Assembly (NCBI GenBank): GCA_036172245.1
Contig: JAYWIR010000014.1
Coordinates: forward strand, 1,364,001-1,428,000
Direction of reading: 5' to 3'
DNA length: 64,000 nucleotides
Origin: Raillietiella orientalis
Lineage: Eukaryota
Positions 1 to 13,669 of this stretch are shown here, in pieces; the stretch's first letter is position 1, and each line of letters opens with the position of its first letter. The notes beneath the pieces were generated by a model that saw only the letters and a list, made by a program, of their open reading frames with translations, was not told where the DNA came from and ran no database searches. The position numbers were made by a program, and so were the translations under genes.

Positions 1-3000
1 CTTTTTGTCATTTTTCTAAAGGAGATCAGAATTAGGTTACAAGACAGTGAGAGTGCTAATTTTGAAGTTGTGCCGTGTCTTGCTCGGCAGGAACAGTATT
101 AATCATCTCTTCCATCTCTGCGGCTTGACCGAATCTTGCAGATTCGTGGACAGAGAGTCAGGAGATCGGAAAGCAGGAACTCGTACTTCCCGTATAGTCA
201 TTCGCTCGTCACCGTTGCGAAAATAGACGTCTGGAGATCATGAGCTGGTTGCGTGTAATAACCCCGGCTGCGCAAGGTGAATCGGTGCCTACGTGGCAGA
301 GATTCATGAGATGGGCATCCGAAAATCTGCATCCGGGCTGGAGTAGAGAAGTCACTTAACTGCAGACGTCAAACGTCAGAAGTCATCCCATAATTTCCCT
401 TTGCCGACCTCTTCTTCATCGCGCTCGTGGAATCTCTTCTCCGTGTCATCAAACGCATCTATCGTCCTGGGTTCAGATGCAGGAACCTAAAGGAGAGTCC
501 TTCTTTTACCCAAGAACGTTGCCGTCGTGATTAGCCAGGGCCGGGAACGCTAGTAGGGAACGACGGCATAGAAGATCTCTTTGCCTCTTCTGAGATCGTG
601 CTTGCTCTAGTGATCTCTGCGGCACTGGTCTCGAAAATCCATTCATTTGAACAGCTCAGAAAGATTACGTGACTTGTGGCTTCCTTGTTCCATGCTCATT
701 CCCATTCCAAATGATGGCACTGCATCCTGAACCATCAATTCTCCAAGAAGCCATCGTCTCTTTGATAGCTTTCTTACCCCGGAAACCTGTGCATTTCATT
801 CTCGTAAATCCGATTTTCTGCAGACAATCTCCTCATGACTTCAAGAGGAGCATGGAGCAGGCCACGCGGTCGCGAAAAGTCTCGAGAGAGATCCCTGAGC
901 TTTCCTTTTCATGTGACTCAGTGCTGTCTTTCTAGCGAAAGCTCTTAGGGGTTCCTCAAGTGATTCGGAAATCCAGCACGTGCTAACGAGAGATGCAAAG
1001 ACGCAGATAAACATCTGGAAGTGCAACGCTTCTGACACAGAGCTGCCAGAGACTAGTCACCAAGAATCAGGAAACACCATACAGCTATTTAAGGTTTAAT
1101 GGACGCAATTTGAGAATTTTGCTGATCAACATCAATTTGCAAATGGAACTTCTGTTGTTGTCAGTGTCGGAGTTTTTTAAAAGAACCAAACTGGGCGAAA
1201 GGGCAATCCTGTTTTATAAGTTTGCTGGGATGAATCACAGTCCATCCGAAGAGCCGACAGAGGCTTGGGGAGACCGAATGTTCGTTTTCATCTCTTCTAA
1301 GTTCTCTTGAAAGTTTGCTGCGGTCACATCACGGGGGATCGGACTTGACTGGACTCTTCCAACGCTGCGGAAGATCCACGTTGTCTTTCGGGAAGCCATT
1401 GTTCGCGAACAAAAACTGAGTTGGTACTCTGTAAAAGCAAAGCCAGTTGCACATTTTCATTGCTAACTTGAATTAAAAAAGAAAAAAAGATCCTTCTTCA
1501 ATCCTCCCTCAAATTGTTTTCAATCAATTCCTCTAGACTTCTCGTGAAATAACGTGGAATTGCACCTGTAGTCTCAATACCGAAAGGAAAGCGTCATTTT
1601 CAGTTGGCACGATTCTCACGAAGAAATAAGTGAACTGAATAGCTTCTGGAAACGCAGAGCAGGAGTGACGATTCTTCCTTTTACCGATGCTTTTCTTCTT
1701 ACTCTTTCCATTTTCATTCACCCCTGTCAACGTGAAGGGTTTCAAAAAATTAGGAATCATCAAAAAACCTCTCGCGCCGACCTTCAGGCATTTCTCAAGG
1801 TCCAGTGTTCACGAAGTGGAAAGAGAAGACTAGAGCCAGTCTTGAATTCCGTTCGAAAATGAACTCGAGCTACTTGGGAGCTGTTCCTTCAAATGTACCT
1901 TCACCTCTCAGCCCGTTCGACTTGAATATCGGAATCTTTTCCTGAGATTGTTTATCTCCCTCAAAGAAGATTAAAAGCATCACAGCCACTGCCTCCTCGT
2001 TTATAAAATGTTTGCACGAGACCCATCTTAGGACTTTGGCAATGCTCACCCACATTGTGAAACCACTGAGAAGATTTTGATAAGAAAATGCGGAGTATTT
2101 TTTCCCTTTCGTGTGCCTTTACTCAAGCCATGGGCAAGGCTCCCGTAGGGCATTTTTCGGTATCAGTGTTACAGTTCCCCGTTTTTATTCCACAGGACGA
2201 AATGCATTAGCAGAAACTCCAGACTACACGAGAATTTCTGGTACAACGGAAGAGAAATGTCAATGGTCAACCAATGAATAACAAAGCATCAATCCGAAGA
2301 ACGCATATCAGCAGATCGACTCTTGAGTCAGTTTTTATTATGTGTGAGAAATAGATGGATGCGATGAATAATGAAGGCATTCCAAAGCACTCGAATTGAG
2401 GATTTTACTCATTCCTTGAAGGTGTTTGGCTGCACTGCAAGCGGTGCAGTCAGGATTTACTCTGGAGACCACTTTTTCGACTTGGAAACGATGTGCTCTC
2501 CGTTCTGTGAGGTATGGGTTGATAGGAACAGAGGGATCCAACCATGTGTCAGTAGCGGAAGTCCTCAGTGGTTCATGGTTTCAAAGGAGACATCTATAAG
2601 AAATCCGTGGTTTTCGGACAGTGGAAGGGTCATGCGAATGACGGAGCCCAAGTGTTTGGAAACAGCCATCAAGGTGCCCCTGGGAAGCCGTTCCCCGTCG
2701 AGGGAATGCTGGGAAATTGAGATTCGGGGTAGCTCACGAAATCATTCAGCTCGGGCAAATATCACGAGGGACAGTGAAATCGCACGCGCGAACGCCACTA
2801 CGTTTCCTATAAAGACGAGAACATTAGAAGGCAAGTTCAGATCAAAGAGATGAGGCTTCCACGCTTACCATTTAGAGCAGGAACCACCTCACCCATCGGA
2901 TTAAACCGTGACCTATCCTTCATGTGAATCACCATTGTTTAAATGTTATTGAAATCTGATTCTTTTCCATCTCCAGTCACTGCCATTAGGCACGCGCTTG

Positions 3001-3700
3001 TTATGAATAAACAAAGATATTACTCGACTCTTGCAGGAAGACTTAGGAGACGCGTTTAGCCCAAAACAGCAACTGAGTTGAGATATCTGCAGGGCACTCT
3101 GTGTGTTATAAAAGGAAACTCGGGTACTTGCTCCCAGCTTTCTATAAAGTGCAGTTCGGCAGTCGTTCCACAAAAAACATCTATCTGAAGAGGGGAATTC
3201 GATACACCCTCTTTAGGTGTGGGAAATGAAACTTCAGTGATGAGGGATTTACGCTGATGTCTTTCCTATTAAAGATAAGCCGATTCAAGCTAATGGATCC
3301 CTACAGCGTATGCCAAACTCTTTGAAACTCTATCCTTTTCCCAAGTTCAGACAGCAGACAATTAGACACTGCTTAAACCTTCCATGAAGGGTGCGCTGTC
3401 GACTGCACAAAGAGGATGAACCGTAACAAGGTAAATTCTTAAAACGCACAGCTCGTAAAAGGTCGGATTCCACAGAGGCATTTCTATGTTCTCCAGCCAC
3501 TAGACTCGGCGGAAATGCTCAAAATGCTTGGAGTCATCCCATAAAGCAGGCGATAATCAGTGGTAATAATGATTTTAGGTGAATGAGGTGACGCTTCTCC
3601 TGACGCCCGGAGAAAACGAAACGAATTCATCTCCTGTTGCTCCCTGGGCATGTAGACGTAAGCAACCGGTTTGATGGAGGTGGTTGATCAGGAGGAGGAT
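1..3700 (-). mobile_element. Decayed non-LTR retrotransposon ORF2 (L1/Tx1-like: endonuclease, RT, C-terminal Cys motif), running off the window start
   Basis: Minus-strand translation across frameshifts gives colinear motifs: endonuclease-end VSFYN...ISQLSCCF and GSDWRWK (~3120-2960); *KRGTVTLIPK (~2190-2155); KIFS; FINEE; LDLEK...RGFL (~1805-1760); PRYFTRSLEELI; IQVSNENVQLAL; LEESSQV; RPLNLK; GISLETFRDRV; LCPRIC (~155-135). Many stops. 5' boundary estimated from typical ORF2 length. Confidence 0.8.
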
Positions 3701-4129
3701 TCCATCTGGGCCAATCGGTATGTCTGTGGAGAATTTCAACAGTCCATGGGTAAAAATGAAAAGCGTCATGACGAAAGTACGACGTGATTTGCATTCTGGA
3801 TTCGATCGCAGAATGCGCTACCGCTTGCGCGTTTTTCGAATGCCCATCACGTCGTGAAGGGAAAAAAAGAATGAGAAAAAAAGGAGGAACAGTTGCTTAA
3901 TGCAAAAGCGAATGCTTTTTCTCAACAAATATAACTAAATAACGCGGCCGAATAACAACGGCGTATCAAGAGCGGTGCCTTCGCTCTCCGGAGTGACACG
4001 CTACACGATATCTCGAAGAAATGGTAAGAGTTGCGTAGAGGCTGTAATTAATTTCATCTAGAACGAAAGCAGAAAATTGCGGTACTCTGTGAAACCAGAA
4101 TTCAAATCAGTCGGAGGGAGATTTTCGTC

Positions 4130-6750
4130 AATAATTGCTTTTCCGATCTGTTTTTAATTGCTTTCCAGAGCATCGTGAGATTTTCTATTCTTTCGCGGCG
4201 GGTTCGAGTTGTTTAGGTATCGCCTTGCATCCTTCTTTTCCACTGCATTTCACGCCGTTACTCAATTCACTCCAACAGTTTATGTACTGGATTTCCTTTC
4301 TCCTGGCATTCCAGGAAGCTCCGCGAGACCCGGGGCAACTCGGAACGCATTGTTTTAAATGCTTCCTCTCTGATGGAACTGCCACGTCTCCCATCTATCA
4401 GTGCTACCATTTCGTGATTCCTATCGATTCCTGCGCCATCACTACTCCTTTTGTCCCTAACTGGTCTCGACAAGCCCGTGTTCGTGAGTGCATTCCGACC
4501 TGGATATTCAAAAGCTGTATTTGCTTTCAGATTTTTGGCCGTAATTTATGCTGCACAAGATGTGGTTCCCTTTCGTTCATCACGCAGCTCCATACCCTCG
4601 TTCCTTCAGTTCATTATGTTTGTTGGTTTTTCTTCTTTCGAGGGATTTGGGAACGAATCTACTTCACCCTCCCATGTTCGGTTTCCGGCCACCAATGATT
4701 TTCAATTTCGAGCCAAGAAAGCAGGTATGGGCATCTTTTTGATCTTCTAAAGCAGTTTCGTCTAGTTAGTTCGGAGAATCATGGAGCGGAACGGTGTGCT
4801 CAGTATGATCAGTTTTAACAATCCGTCCGAAGAATCTTCAGCAGTAACAGATGAAGACTGCTAAAGACTTGTTTACTCTTTTAGGAAGATGCAGGGAAGC
4901 TCAACCTTGAGATTTGCTCGAAAACAGGAAGTACCTTCTGTTAAAGGAACCTAACCGGACTGAAGAAACCAGTGGACACATCAATCTCTTCGGTGGCTGA
5001 GCTCACCCAATGTGGCCCGGTGTGTCACTTTCGTAGATCTCTCAAAGCTGCTCGATCGGGCGACACCAACTGCGAACCTGGCAACTGCGCGGGAGAACGC
5101 AAATCCCCGACGAATCCTTCTGGCAGGTCCTTGATCGGTTGCTGCTCCAACTGGCTTTCCTCGGAGACAGCAGTCAGCCTGCCGAGCCGAGATTTCCTCG
5201 ACCAGAAGCCTTAGCTTTGCACGCGAGAGTTTTCTTTTGTCCCCTACCGCTTATTCAGCAGAAAGAAAGAAGAGCGAAAGAGGAGCAGATACATTGGGGA
5301 AGGATCTCCAGCAGCACACACGCGGTTTCCCATCTCTGGAAGGCGGGTACATGGAAGTCTGGCATTTTCTCGAAAGTATGATTCAGAGGCAAAACGAATA
5401 CGTTATGCAACAATAGCGGATGTGACGCATCGTTAATATAGGGAGCTGTGAGATTGTAGTGACTCATACCATGTGCTCCTTCATTCCCTTATCTGAGTCA
5501 TTCTACATATTCTCAATGCCTTCTGGTTACTTTTGCCTTTCTCATTCTGCGATTGCGTGCCGCTGTTTTTTTTCCTGTCCTCAGAAGGAACACCGAAAAT
5601 AAATCTCCATCATTTTCCATTGCAATCAAGTCTTTTCTGTTTGACGAGCAAGAAACGTTGTGTCCGTCCTCTTCCTGCGTCGCTAATGGTAGTCCCATTT
5701 TGAACTCGCATCGGGATCGATCTATTATTGTTGTCAATTCGGCAAAGAAATTGTTCTCAGGCGTCAGTCGACCAGATGTACACATTAATTTAAAAATTGC
5801 ATAATCTCCACTTCTTTTTTTCTTTTCCCTTTCCTCTTCCAATACATTAGACGTACAAAAACAAGTGGCAAGGAAAGTCGAAAATTACATCTCTGTACAA
5901 AGAGCGAACCAATATGATGACCGCGTTTGGACTTTCCTCAAAGATCTTTTGACTCATGGTGGAGTCTCCTCAGGTTAGCACCAGTAGCTGTAGGCGGAAA
6001 AGCGACCTAATGAAGCTTTTTCTTCAGTGCCAAAAAGTGAACCAAAGAGTGACCACATATACACGTCCAGGAGTACTGCAACTTCAGAAAAACAAACAGA
6101 TGATCCAAGGAGCAGCTTCCCAAATCACTCTTCAAGGTTCCGTGAAGGACTTCTTTTCGAAGCAATCGTGTGGAAGCCACTTGACTATTCTTGCGATGTG
6201 TGCACACGCAGACTCCTTGTTAGGAGTCGAGAGCTGAGGACCATTGTACTGCGACATCTTCCTGCCTCCAGATTCTCTAGCCTGGTGCGTGTTAGAAGAG
6301 ACCACTAGTGTTCCCTCTTTCACTGTTTTGAAATCGAAAAGAAGAGGATAAAGGGTTCCTGGATTCTTAAAGAAGGAGGTAAATTGACGTGCCGACCCTC
6401 CTCCGATAAAGTCCTGGAAGTGCGTACTCGCCGGATCTTCAGCAAGAGTCCTACATCTTAAAGGGGTGCCGAAGCACTCTGAAAGCAGGTGGCTGTGGAC
6501 CACGGAAAGGCCGTATGAGCAGAGATTAACAGGTGATATCGAGATGGCGAACTCGGAATTTTTCTCAATTTGGGTCAGCTGCAGGTTAAGAAGGAGCATA
6601 GGAAAGTTGCTGAACAGAAAAAGCTGCAAGGGAACTGGGCAGAGGCTTGTGGAGATCGGCTGGCCATCTGGAAGAAAAGGAGATTTTGCAATATAAAACT
6701 GATCTTTCCTAGTACTCCAGGATGACTTCAAACTGAGCCCCGCTTAAGTT
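4130..6750 (+). mobile_element. Decayed LINE ORF2 (CR1/L2/Jockey-type RT), probably interrupted by an insertion at ~5500-5850
   Basis: Plus-strand motifs in order: IPTWIFKSC (~4490-4520, cf. DGIPxWxLKEC); YSFRK (~4875); TFVDLSKLLDRA (~5027-5062, cf. FLDLSKAFDRV); NWLSSET; SG..HGSL (~5335-5365); RVTTYTRPGV (~6046-6075, cf. RVTEYKYLGV); LLFEAIVWKPLDYSCDVC (~6150-6205). Confidence 0.75.
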
Positions 6751-9669
6751 TACATGCTGCGCTGGCACGATGAGGATGAAAGCATATGAGCCCAGGACGA
6801 CCAGAAACTCGTGTTTTTTTTTTCTTTTTTTTTTAAAAAAAAGGCTGTTCAAATAAAATGTGCTTCTGAACATCCTTGTTGCGCACTAGGTGAGTCGAGA
6901 GTAGCCCCAGCTGATGAGTGTATCAAAGATGATGGAACCTTTCGAATGTTAGTCTTCTCGGCTGCTTCTGCAAAGAAGTGCATCCAACACCGGAGGGAGA
7001 TGAAGAATCTCCCTCCGGTAAAAGTAAATGTTAGTTCTGCAGCCTCGTCACCCCACAAGTACAAGAAATGCTCTCCGTGGTCGGCGATTTTTCCTTGCCA
7101 CCCCCACCTCATGAGTTTCTGAGCACCGCTTCTAGTCTTCAGTGTGGACGCCGAGTGCACTTTGATCCCAGTTGGTCCGACACTGGGAGTTTTCCTCTTG
7201 TTACTACCGGGCAGAGAAAGCAGTCCTTCCAGAATTTGGCTGCAGGTGTGGGAAAAAAAATTAAAAACAGAAAACGGCTGGAACATCCGAAAGATCCCGG
7301 AATGCCATTTTTCCGATTTCCGGATCCACCGTTTGTCTCGAATCTCGCTGCGATAGTTCAGTCGCGAAGACGGAGCGGGGAGAAGCAAAGGAGTCTGCTG
7401 CTCGAAGCCAACAGCCCTCACCCCCCCCCCCCCCCGACGGGAATCTCGACTCCCAGGAAGAGCTCACATGGTGCACGGTGCGAATCCGTGGCACCTGTGT
7501 TTCGGTCCTCCGCCCAGAGGGATGCCCCGTGGTTCCCCTCGGGGGGACATTTACAGGCGCGAGTTCCCATCCACAACCGTGGGTGCGCGTCGCCCTCTTT
7601 GGCGGCGCGAATGGAAAGATGAGGCGCTTCTGTTCAGCTCCTTTCGTCATCAGGCACGAGTCGAGATCGCTCCATAAAGAAAATTCCGCTTGTGGCGTGC
7701 GGTAATTTTGTTGCCCTCAGTGACATCTCCAGCTGCAATTCCATTTCCTCCCAGAGGAAAGTGTTCCACATCCTCCGCTGCACCTGTGATGCTCTCAGAC
7801 CCCTTCGGTCCAATAAATGCTGCTGCCGTCAAGCGCCAATTACCTGGGTTCATTTCGCTGAGCCTCCTAAGTAAACACGCGAGATTCCGAGGAAACGGGC
7901 ATCCATCTCAGCATCTCGGGGAGCGCATTCCCATGCGCGGCTCCGTCTCCCCTCCGCGCGAGACTTTCCGCTGATTTATGGAAACGCGAGGAAATCTTGA
8001 CCACTCCGGGAGCTCTGGATCACGTAAGCGGAATGGTAGTGATAATCCCGTTTCCATGGAAAATCCTGATTTTTTATTTCTTTTTTTTTTGAAAACAGAA
8101 GGAGAGTGCGCGCTCAATGACCAGCCGGCCCTGGCCGAACGGCTTGCAGCACTCGAGCGCATTTTCGGTCGGCCAAGCGGCGCTCGAGGTCTGCAAAACG
8201 GAAACTTGCGTCTTCGGAAAATCCATGTGACCTTTCTCCCCTGTAGTTCCTCCCGCCTGTGAGACCTGAACGATCTCCCGTTTCGTCGCTGATTATCCGT
8301 CTGACCTGCCGATGTCCAAATATCTGAGCGCCTGTGGTTACTCCTTGCCAACCGGTAGCATCACACTTTGATCTTAGCCAAAAGGCCGCATCACATCGGT
8401 AGCATCACATCTCACGCAAAGCAGTCACCCACCCGAAGTGGTTGCCATGACGTGCATGCCTATCCAAACGGGACGGGAATATTTCCACGAGTCATCCCGG
8501 GATTTGTTGCTGTTGTTGTTGTTGCTGGTGGTGCTGGTTCGTCGTCGTCGCCATCGGAGTGACTTCTGGGCGCGCCTCACCGAGAGATCAACGCGCCACT
8601 CTTTCCTGGTGCAGATGCCAGCTGCTGCCAAGTGATTCATGAGAGGAGCCGGCGGATAGCCCACCGAAGGTGCAACCCGGTTTTGCAAAACACAATAAAA
8701 ATCAGCAAATGTGCAAACACGAAGCGGAGTGAACGCGTGCTGCCTCATGCGGCCGCTGAGCTTCGACCAGTAGCCAACCCTCAGCAGAAAAAAAAATGAA
8801 GTCGACCGTGGGATTTCTACACTCCCCCCCCCCCCCCCCATCCTTTCTTTTTTCTTCTTAAATGAGGACTCCTCACTAACGCGAAGCGACGCAGCCAGGG
8901 ACCGTTCGTGATTAGGCCGGGGAGGGGAGAAGGGAAGAAGAAACAAAACATCCCGAATCTTGCGTGTTTTCCGGAGTCTGTCTGCAGCATTTGCAAATCG
9001 CGCGTGGAGGAGGCCTCCTACCAGCGGCGTTCCCCCCCCCCCCTCCTCTGATTCTTTTTTGCTCCTCCTCCTTTTTTTTTTTTCCTCCCTACCCTGACGA
9101 TGACCATAAAGCCCTCTCGCTTTATCTGATGTTCCGAACGTACGGGCGGCGGACTACCGACAGCAGCGGCTCAAGAGCTACCGGCTTTACGCTCGGCTCG
9201 GTGCAAACTCTGGTACCCCTTGTCGCCTTAATCATCTTTGCGTGCCAGCTTGATTTCCATTAGGATGAGATTTAAACGGCGCCGTAATTGTCGGGTCGAC
9301 CTTGAGAGGCAGGGCAGGCGCCTGCGCCCTCGGATGCTGCGCAGCCTATTGTTGGGGGGAGGGGGGGCCTCTTTACGACGGTCTGCGGAGAGGGGCTCGC
9401 TCGCCGCCCCGTCGAGGACTCCCGTGCCTCTCTCTCCCGTGACCTGGCGGCGGGGAATGGAAGGGATCCACGGAAAATCCCAGTCCCTCTGGGAGCGCTT
9501 CCCAGCAGACAGCTGGAGAAACGTCTGCAGCTTTTCCTGCCGCTCCGCTCTCGCCGGCCTCGGCTTTTTTCTCCCTGGCGACAGCCACGAGCCCAGAGCG
9601 CTTTCCTCCCCCGACAAACAGACTGCCCAGCTCATCTGTAGGCAAACCCGTCACACCGTTGTCAACAGA

Positions 9670-10140
9670 GTTCCTGTGTCGTGTTCAAAGGGATACCAGA
9701 GACTGCAAGATGCTGATGATCTGCGCTCTCCACTCGGACTTTGTCAAGGAAGAGAGTGTCCACAGAGCAGGGGACGCTGCACAAAATGAATATTTTCAAA
9801 AGCTCACTGCAGCTCCTGACGATCCTTCTCGGAGCGGAGGATGAGCTGCCTGCGATCGATGGCCCACCTGACCGTTCGAAGTCCAGAGAGCATTTGTTGG
9901 CAGAAAATCGATACTGGAAAAATCAGATAGAGAGATGAAACGAAAATCATCTCATATGATCATCTCCAGCTGATCTGGAACTTCATTCTTTCCAGCCAAC
10001 CATTTGTCATCAAGTTAACAACAGGAACAGCAAACAGGCTGAAGGCGTTGCCTGAGAAGCCCGATGGTTAGTGCACACCACAAGAATTCGGGCTCACCTG
10101 AGTGCTCTGATTCGAATTCCGATCTTTTAAAAGAAAGGAA
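9670..10140 (+). pseudogene. Decayed intronless calponin-homology (CH1-CH2) actin-binding domain, nesprin/spectraplakin/spectrin family
   Basis: LQLLTILLGAEDELPAIDG...KSREHLLAE (~9807-9906) resembles LALLEVLSGQKLP..G..KRIHAVAN. After a frameshift, TKII...LQLIWNFILSSQ (~9940-10000) resembles LGLIWTIILHFQ. LSALI...DLL (~10097-10130) resembles the CH2 motif AFxALIHxHRPDL. Confidence 0.5.
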
Positions 10141-10569
10141 CAGGATTCAGGTACAGACAAGTCCGTCTACACTAAGATGTCTCATGTTAACAGACTTGGA
10201 AACTGAAAATCTTTTCGTGTCCTGGCAACGCTGTTTGTTCTTCCCACTCTGTTTTTTTTTTTTTTTTTTTTTCTATTCATCTCACATCTGCCATGCGTGG
10301 TGGGGCTGCAACTCCAAGTCGCCGCGGCTGTCTGGAAGTTGTGCTCGAATTTCTGCTTCTTTACCCTTGACTACCTGTTGCTATGGAAACAACCAGTGGA
10401 AGACAAATCGATTGATTTCCGATTTTTGGTGCAGAAATTTTCCCCTTTCACGTGCCTGTGAATCCCTCGAGGATGTTCTTCAAGTAGTTTGTCGCTAGAG
10501 ATTTGTGAACATGACACAGTTCCTTCTATAACGGAATCAGGGATGTCCCGTCTAGAGAACCCATTTTTC

Positions 10570-13110
10570 TGGAAAATTGGCGGTGGAGCACTTTTGCTAG
10601 CATCCACCGTGCTTATCTCAAACCCCGAAATATTTACTGAAACGTGTACTTTGCAGATGCTCACATGCACAGGCATGCACACATACGTTTAGATAAATAT
10701 GTGCTTGCATAGATTGTTGCTGAAAAATATCATGCGCTGCTGCATGTCACTGCAGGCGCTTTTTGCACGTGTCGTGGGTTTGAACTTGCGAGCAAACCTG
10801 AAGTTTTAGAGGAGGAAGTTTTTGCGTTGATGCAGAACTTCAATTGTCTAAGCAGCCAGGAGAACAGTGGGAATATTTTTCATCTTACAGTTCTTTCAAC
10901 TGCACCTTATTCGTTGTGGTACTGATCCTGTGACCATTATTTCGGCTTATGAACATGCATGAACTCTCAGGGGCTTGTTTTCAGCAGCCAATTCGCTCTG
11001 GAAAGATCATTAAAACACATTTAGTCATTTAGTGAGAAAAATTTTTCTTAATGGATCCAGCTGAAGATGCGATTTCAAATTTATCATCTCCAAAGCATGA
11101 AGATAATGAGATGGCTTTTCAGTTGTTTGATAGTAGAGCCTCATTGCGTTACATGCTGAATGGATACTGTGAGCTGTTCCGGCTATGAGAGTACCAAAGA
11201 CGGAAGAATCCATTTTGAATCCTGCCATGAGCAAAAAAATTTGTATGTGTGTTTCGTATCTCGAAACTTTGAATTGCAGAATCTGGTTAGCAACACACTG
11301 ACTAAAGAACCCATGTCGGCGATGTTAAAGAGAAAACAGCCATTTTTTCACACAGCAACAAATTCGGAAGTCCCCAGGAAACAGGCGATTATTCTGCTGC
11401 GATGTTTTCTGAAAGCAAACTAAGTAGATGGAGTTCTTCGAAGGATAACCTAATCCGTTAGAAGAACAGGAGTAAAGGGACTTAACCTCTTCGTCTCTTG
11501 CAGCTTCGTTGAGGTTTCCTACGCATGCTTGTAGTCGGTGTTTTCCTACGTCTCTGTCAAAACTTCTTCGTCAAATTAAACTTGGAATTGAAGAGAGCTC
11601 GAGATGGGGTCGCAGTTTTTATAAGAAACGGATGTTTTATTGGGATTAGCAGTCGTCTGGCATCTGAAGGAAGAAATTGCAGCGGTAGCTTCAAATTCTT
11701 ACGTGCGTTGAAGTTGGAAGATGCCAGCCATTAAACAACCTGACGAAATCGGCAAGTAGGGAAACAAAAATCAATTTTGGAGGAAATCATCTCTGCCGAA
11801 TCGGAACCCTCTATTTTTCGAAGAGTAGCAACGAATCGACATGGACTTTCCTCAGCGGATCAGCTGGAAGCTCGAAGATTCTCGTTGAAGCAATCCCAAC
11901 CGAAGTTTAGAACGCTGCTACTGCAGGCGCTTTTCGGACCGAGCCAACACCACTCGGATCCGTGAATTCTGAATTCGGAGGGAGGAACACCACACTTGAT
12001 TTCACGCGTTTTGGATGGCAGCAAGGAGGCACGTGATGAAGTGCCTGCGTTGGGCGCAGATGGGAAAACTGAAAGAGCTCTTTTCGTGCTTGAAACACGC
12101 CAAGCCTTTCGTTCCGTATGTCTCTCTCAGAAAAGTGAGTGAGAAAGGAGAGAACGTCGCCAAGCCTCAACCGGTTCCGCTCACAAGGCAGCCAACACTA
12201 ATTTCACTCCTTAATTCATTAATTTTGATCTTTGTAAGCTGACCACCTTTCTAGAATGACACATTTCGAGGAAAGCAACAGTAGTCAGCGCAACAGGCTA
12301 CGTCGCAATCCATTATAAATGTCTGATGATGGTATTGCTTCTGAAAGTACACCTGCAAATGTTCAGAACACCAGTCCTCTATCTAGCAGGTTCTAGAAAA
12401 CACTTCCCCTCCGTGCAGCATCCTCTCACTTTCAAATCACATCCACCGTCTGAGGTATGTGCTTTGATAGACAGTCTGAAATCTTATTCTCTCCAGAAAT
12501 TAACGAGTGATTAGCAAGTCTCATATGAGCATGATGACCGTCAATAGAGAGTTGTAACTCGTGGCTATTAGGGATGCACTGGGAACTCTGTCCTAAGAAA
12601 TGAAGAGATTCCCCTAGTTTCTAAATCTGATCCCTTTTAGCAAATCCTATCCTTAGTTTTCAAATGTCTATTGTTCCTTCAGAACTATACTGTGTTCGAC
12701 CTGCTGACCAAGAGATTAAACGAGCGCACTCTGGTTTGAGAATAGCGCATGCGTTCGGTAGTGAGCCAGAAAGAGCGCGTGGGAATTCGCAGAAGCCTTC
12801 CTAGAGCTTTCCTGATTTTTGCGCCTCTTGTAGCAGTCACAGCGCACTGTTTGTCGTGATTCTGGCATTTTATTTTCCCACTCTCGCGATTCAAAGTCAC
12901 CCTGGGTACTTCGCACGTTTCGATGCTGACACACGTTTCGAGGAGGCTGCTGAAAGCGAGCGACAGATGGGATCCGTCCAGTGGTTGTTTCAAAACGGAA
13001 ATGACAATTGGAATTTGGAGAGCAATCAAAAAGTTCTCTGTGATTCGAGTGCGCCGATACTTTCGAGAAAGATAGCGAAGCTTCACGACTTTTCCTTCTT
13101 GGCTCTCCGG
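10570..13110 (-). pseudogene. erg: Near full-length intronless pseudogene of an ERG/KCNH voltage-gated K+ channel (PAS, S1-S6, C-linker, CNBHD)
   Basis: Colinear minus-strand motifs at close to ERG spacing: PAS LRYLSRKY..NFLIA...DG....FS, TCE, KIRKAL (13085-12800); RIH..W and WD before S1 (~11970-11890); S4 LIKTA (~11620); pore FSLTS..GF (~11330); S6 ETHIQIFLLMAG-FKMDSSVFG (cf. [21 protein letters not shown]); RLYYQT; PLR; CS*AEI (cf. CLQADI); HCSPG (~10865); HDIF; VHA....L.....V*D. Many stops and frameshifts, no intron-sized gaps. Confidence 0.8.
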
Positions 13111-13669
13111 CGCTCAGGGGATTTGAGAGAAGCTTTCTGATCCACTTGTTGTTCGCAGCTTGAACCTGCCCTGACTCTGAGCAGTGGCGAGAGAACATTT
13201 GGAGCAGTTACAGTTACCCTGCGAGAGAAACGAAAGCACAAAGAGCGAGGGAAACACCGCCTTTTGATGACAGAACGGACCAGTGATCGAAAGGCACGTA
13301 GACGCGATTAATTAATTAAAGACTCCTTGAATGCCCTCCATTGCCAAATCAAAGATAGTGTGGATTGCTGTCGATCATGTGCATCGCGCACGAATACTGG
13401 CTGTCCGCTGGCTTGCGAGCCAGCGGACAACCCCGTGCCACTGAAGAATTTAGCCGCATATGACTGTTGGGGAAGAAACGCGATGAAAATGGGCACCTCG
13501 GACTGAAGAATCTCGAAGATCGCCCCAAGCCAGCGTTCTGTCTGGAACAAAAAGACACGTTTCAGGGGAGCAAGAACATAAAGTGGGGTGGGAAATCAAG
13601 GAAGAGCTGTGGCTTCCTAAATATTCTGTAGTGAGAAACTATCAGAAACGAGGTGAAAGCAAACAGATG

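Noticed and set aside
487..509. Apparent 23-nt GT-AG mini-intron before a terminal exon (VPASEPR...WDDF*)
   Set aside because: Splicing does not restore an open frame, and the region lies inside the decayed L1/Tx1-like ORF2.
12955..13012. Homeodomain-like SERQ...WLFQN....W on the plus strand
   Set aside because: Spacing is wrong, the RRMK residues are absent, and it is antisense to the better-supported ERG PAS relic.
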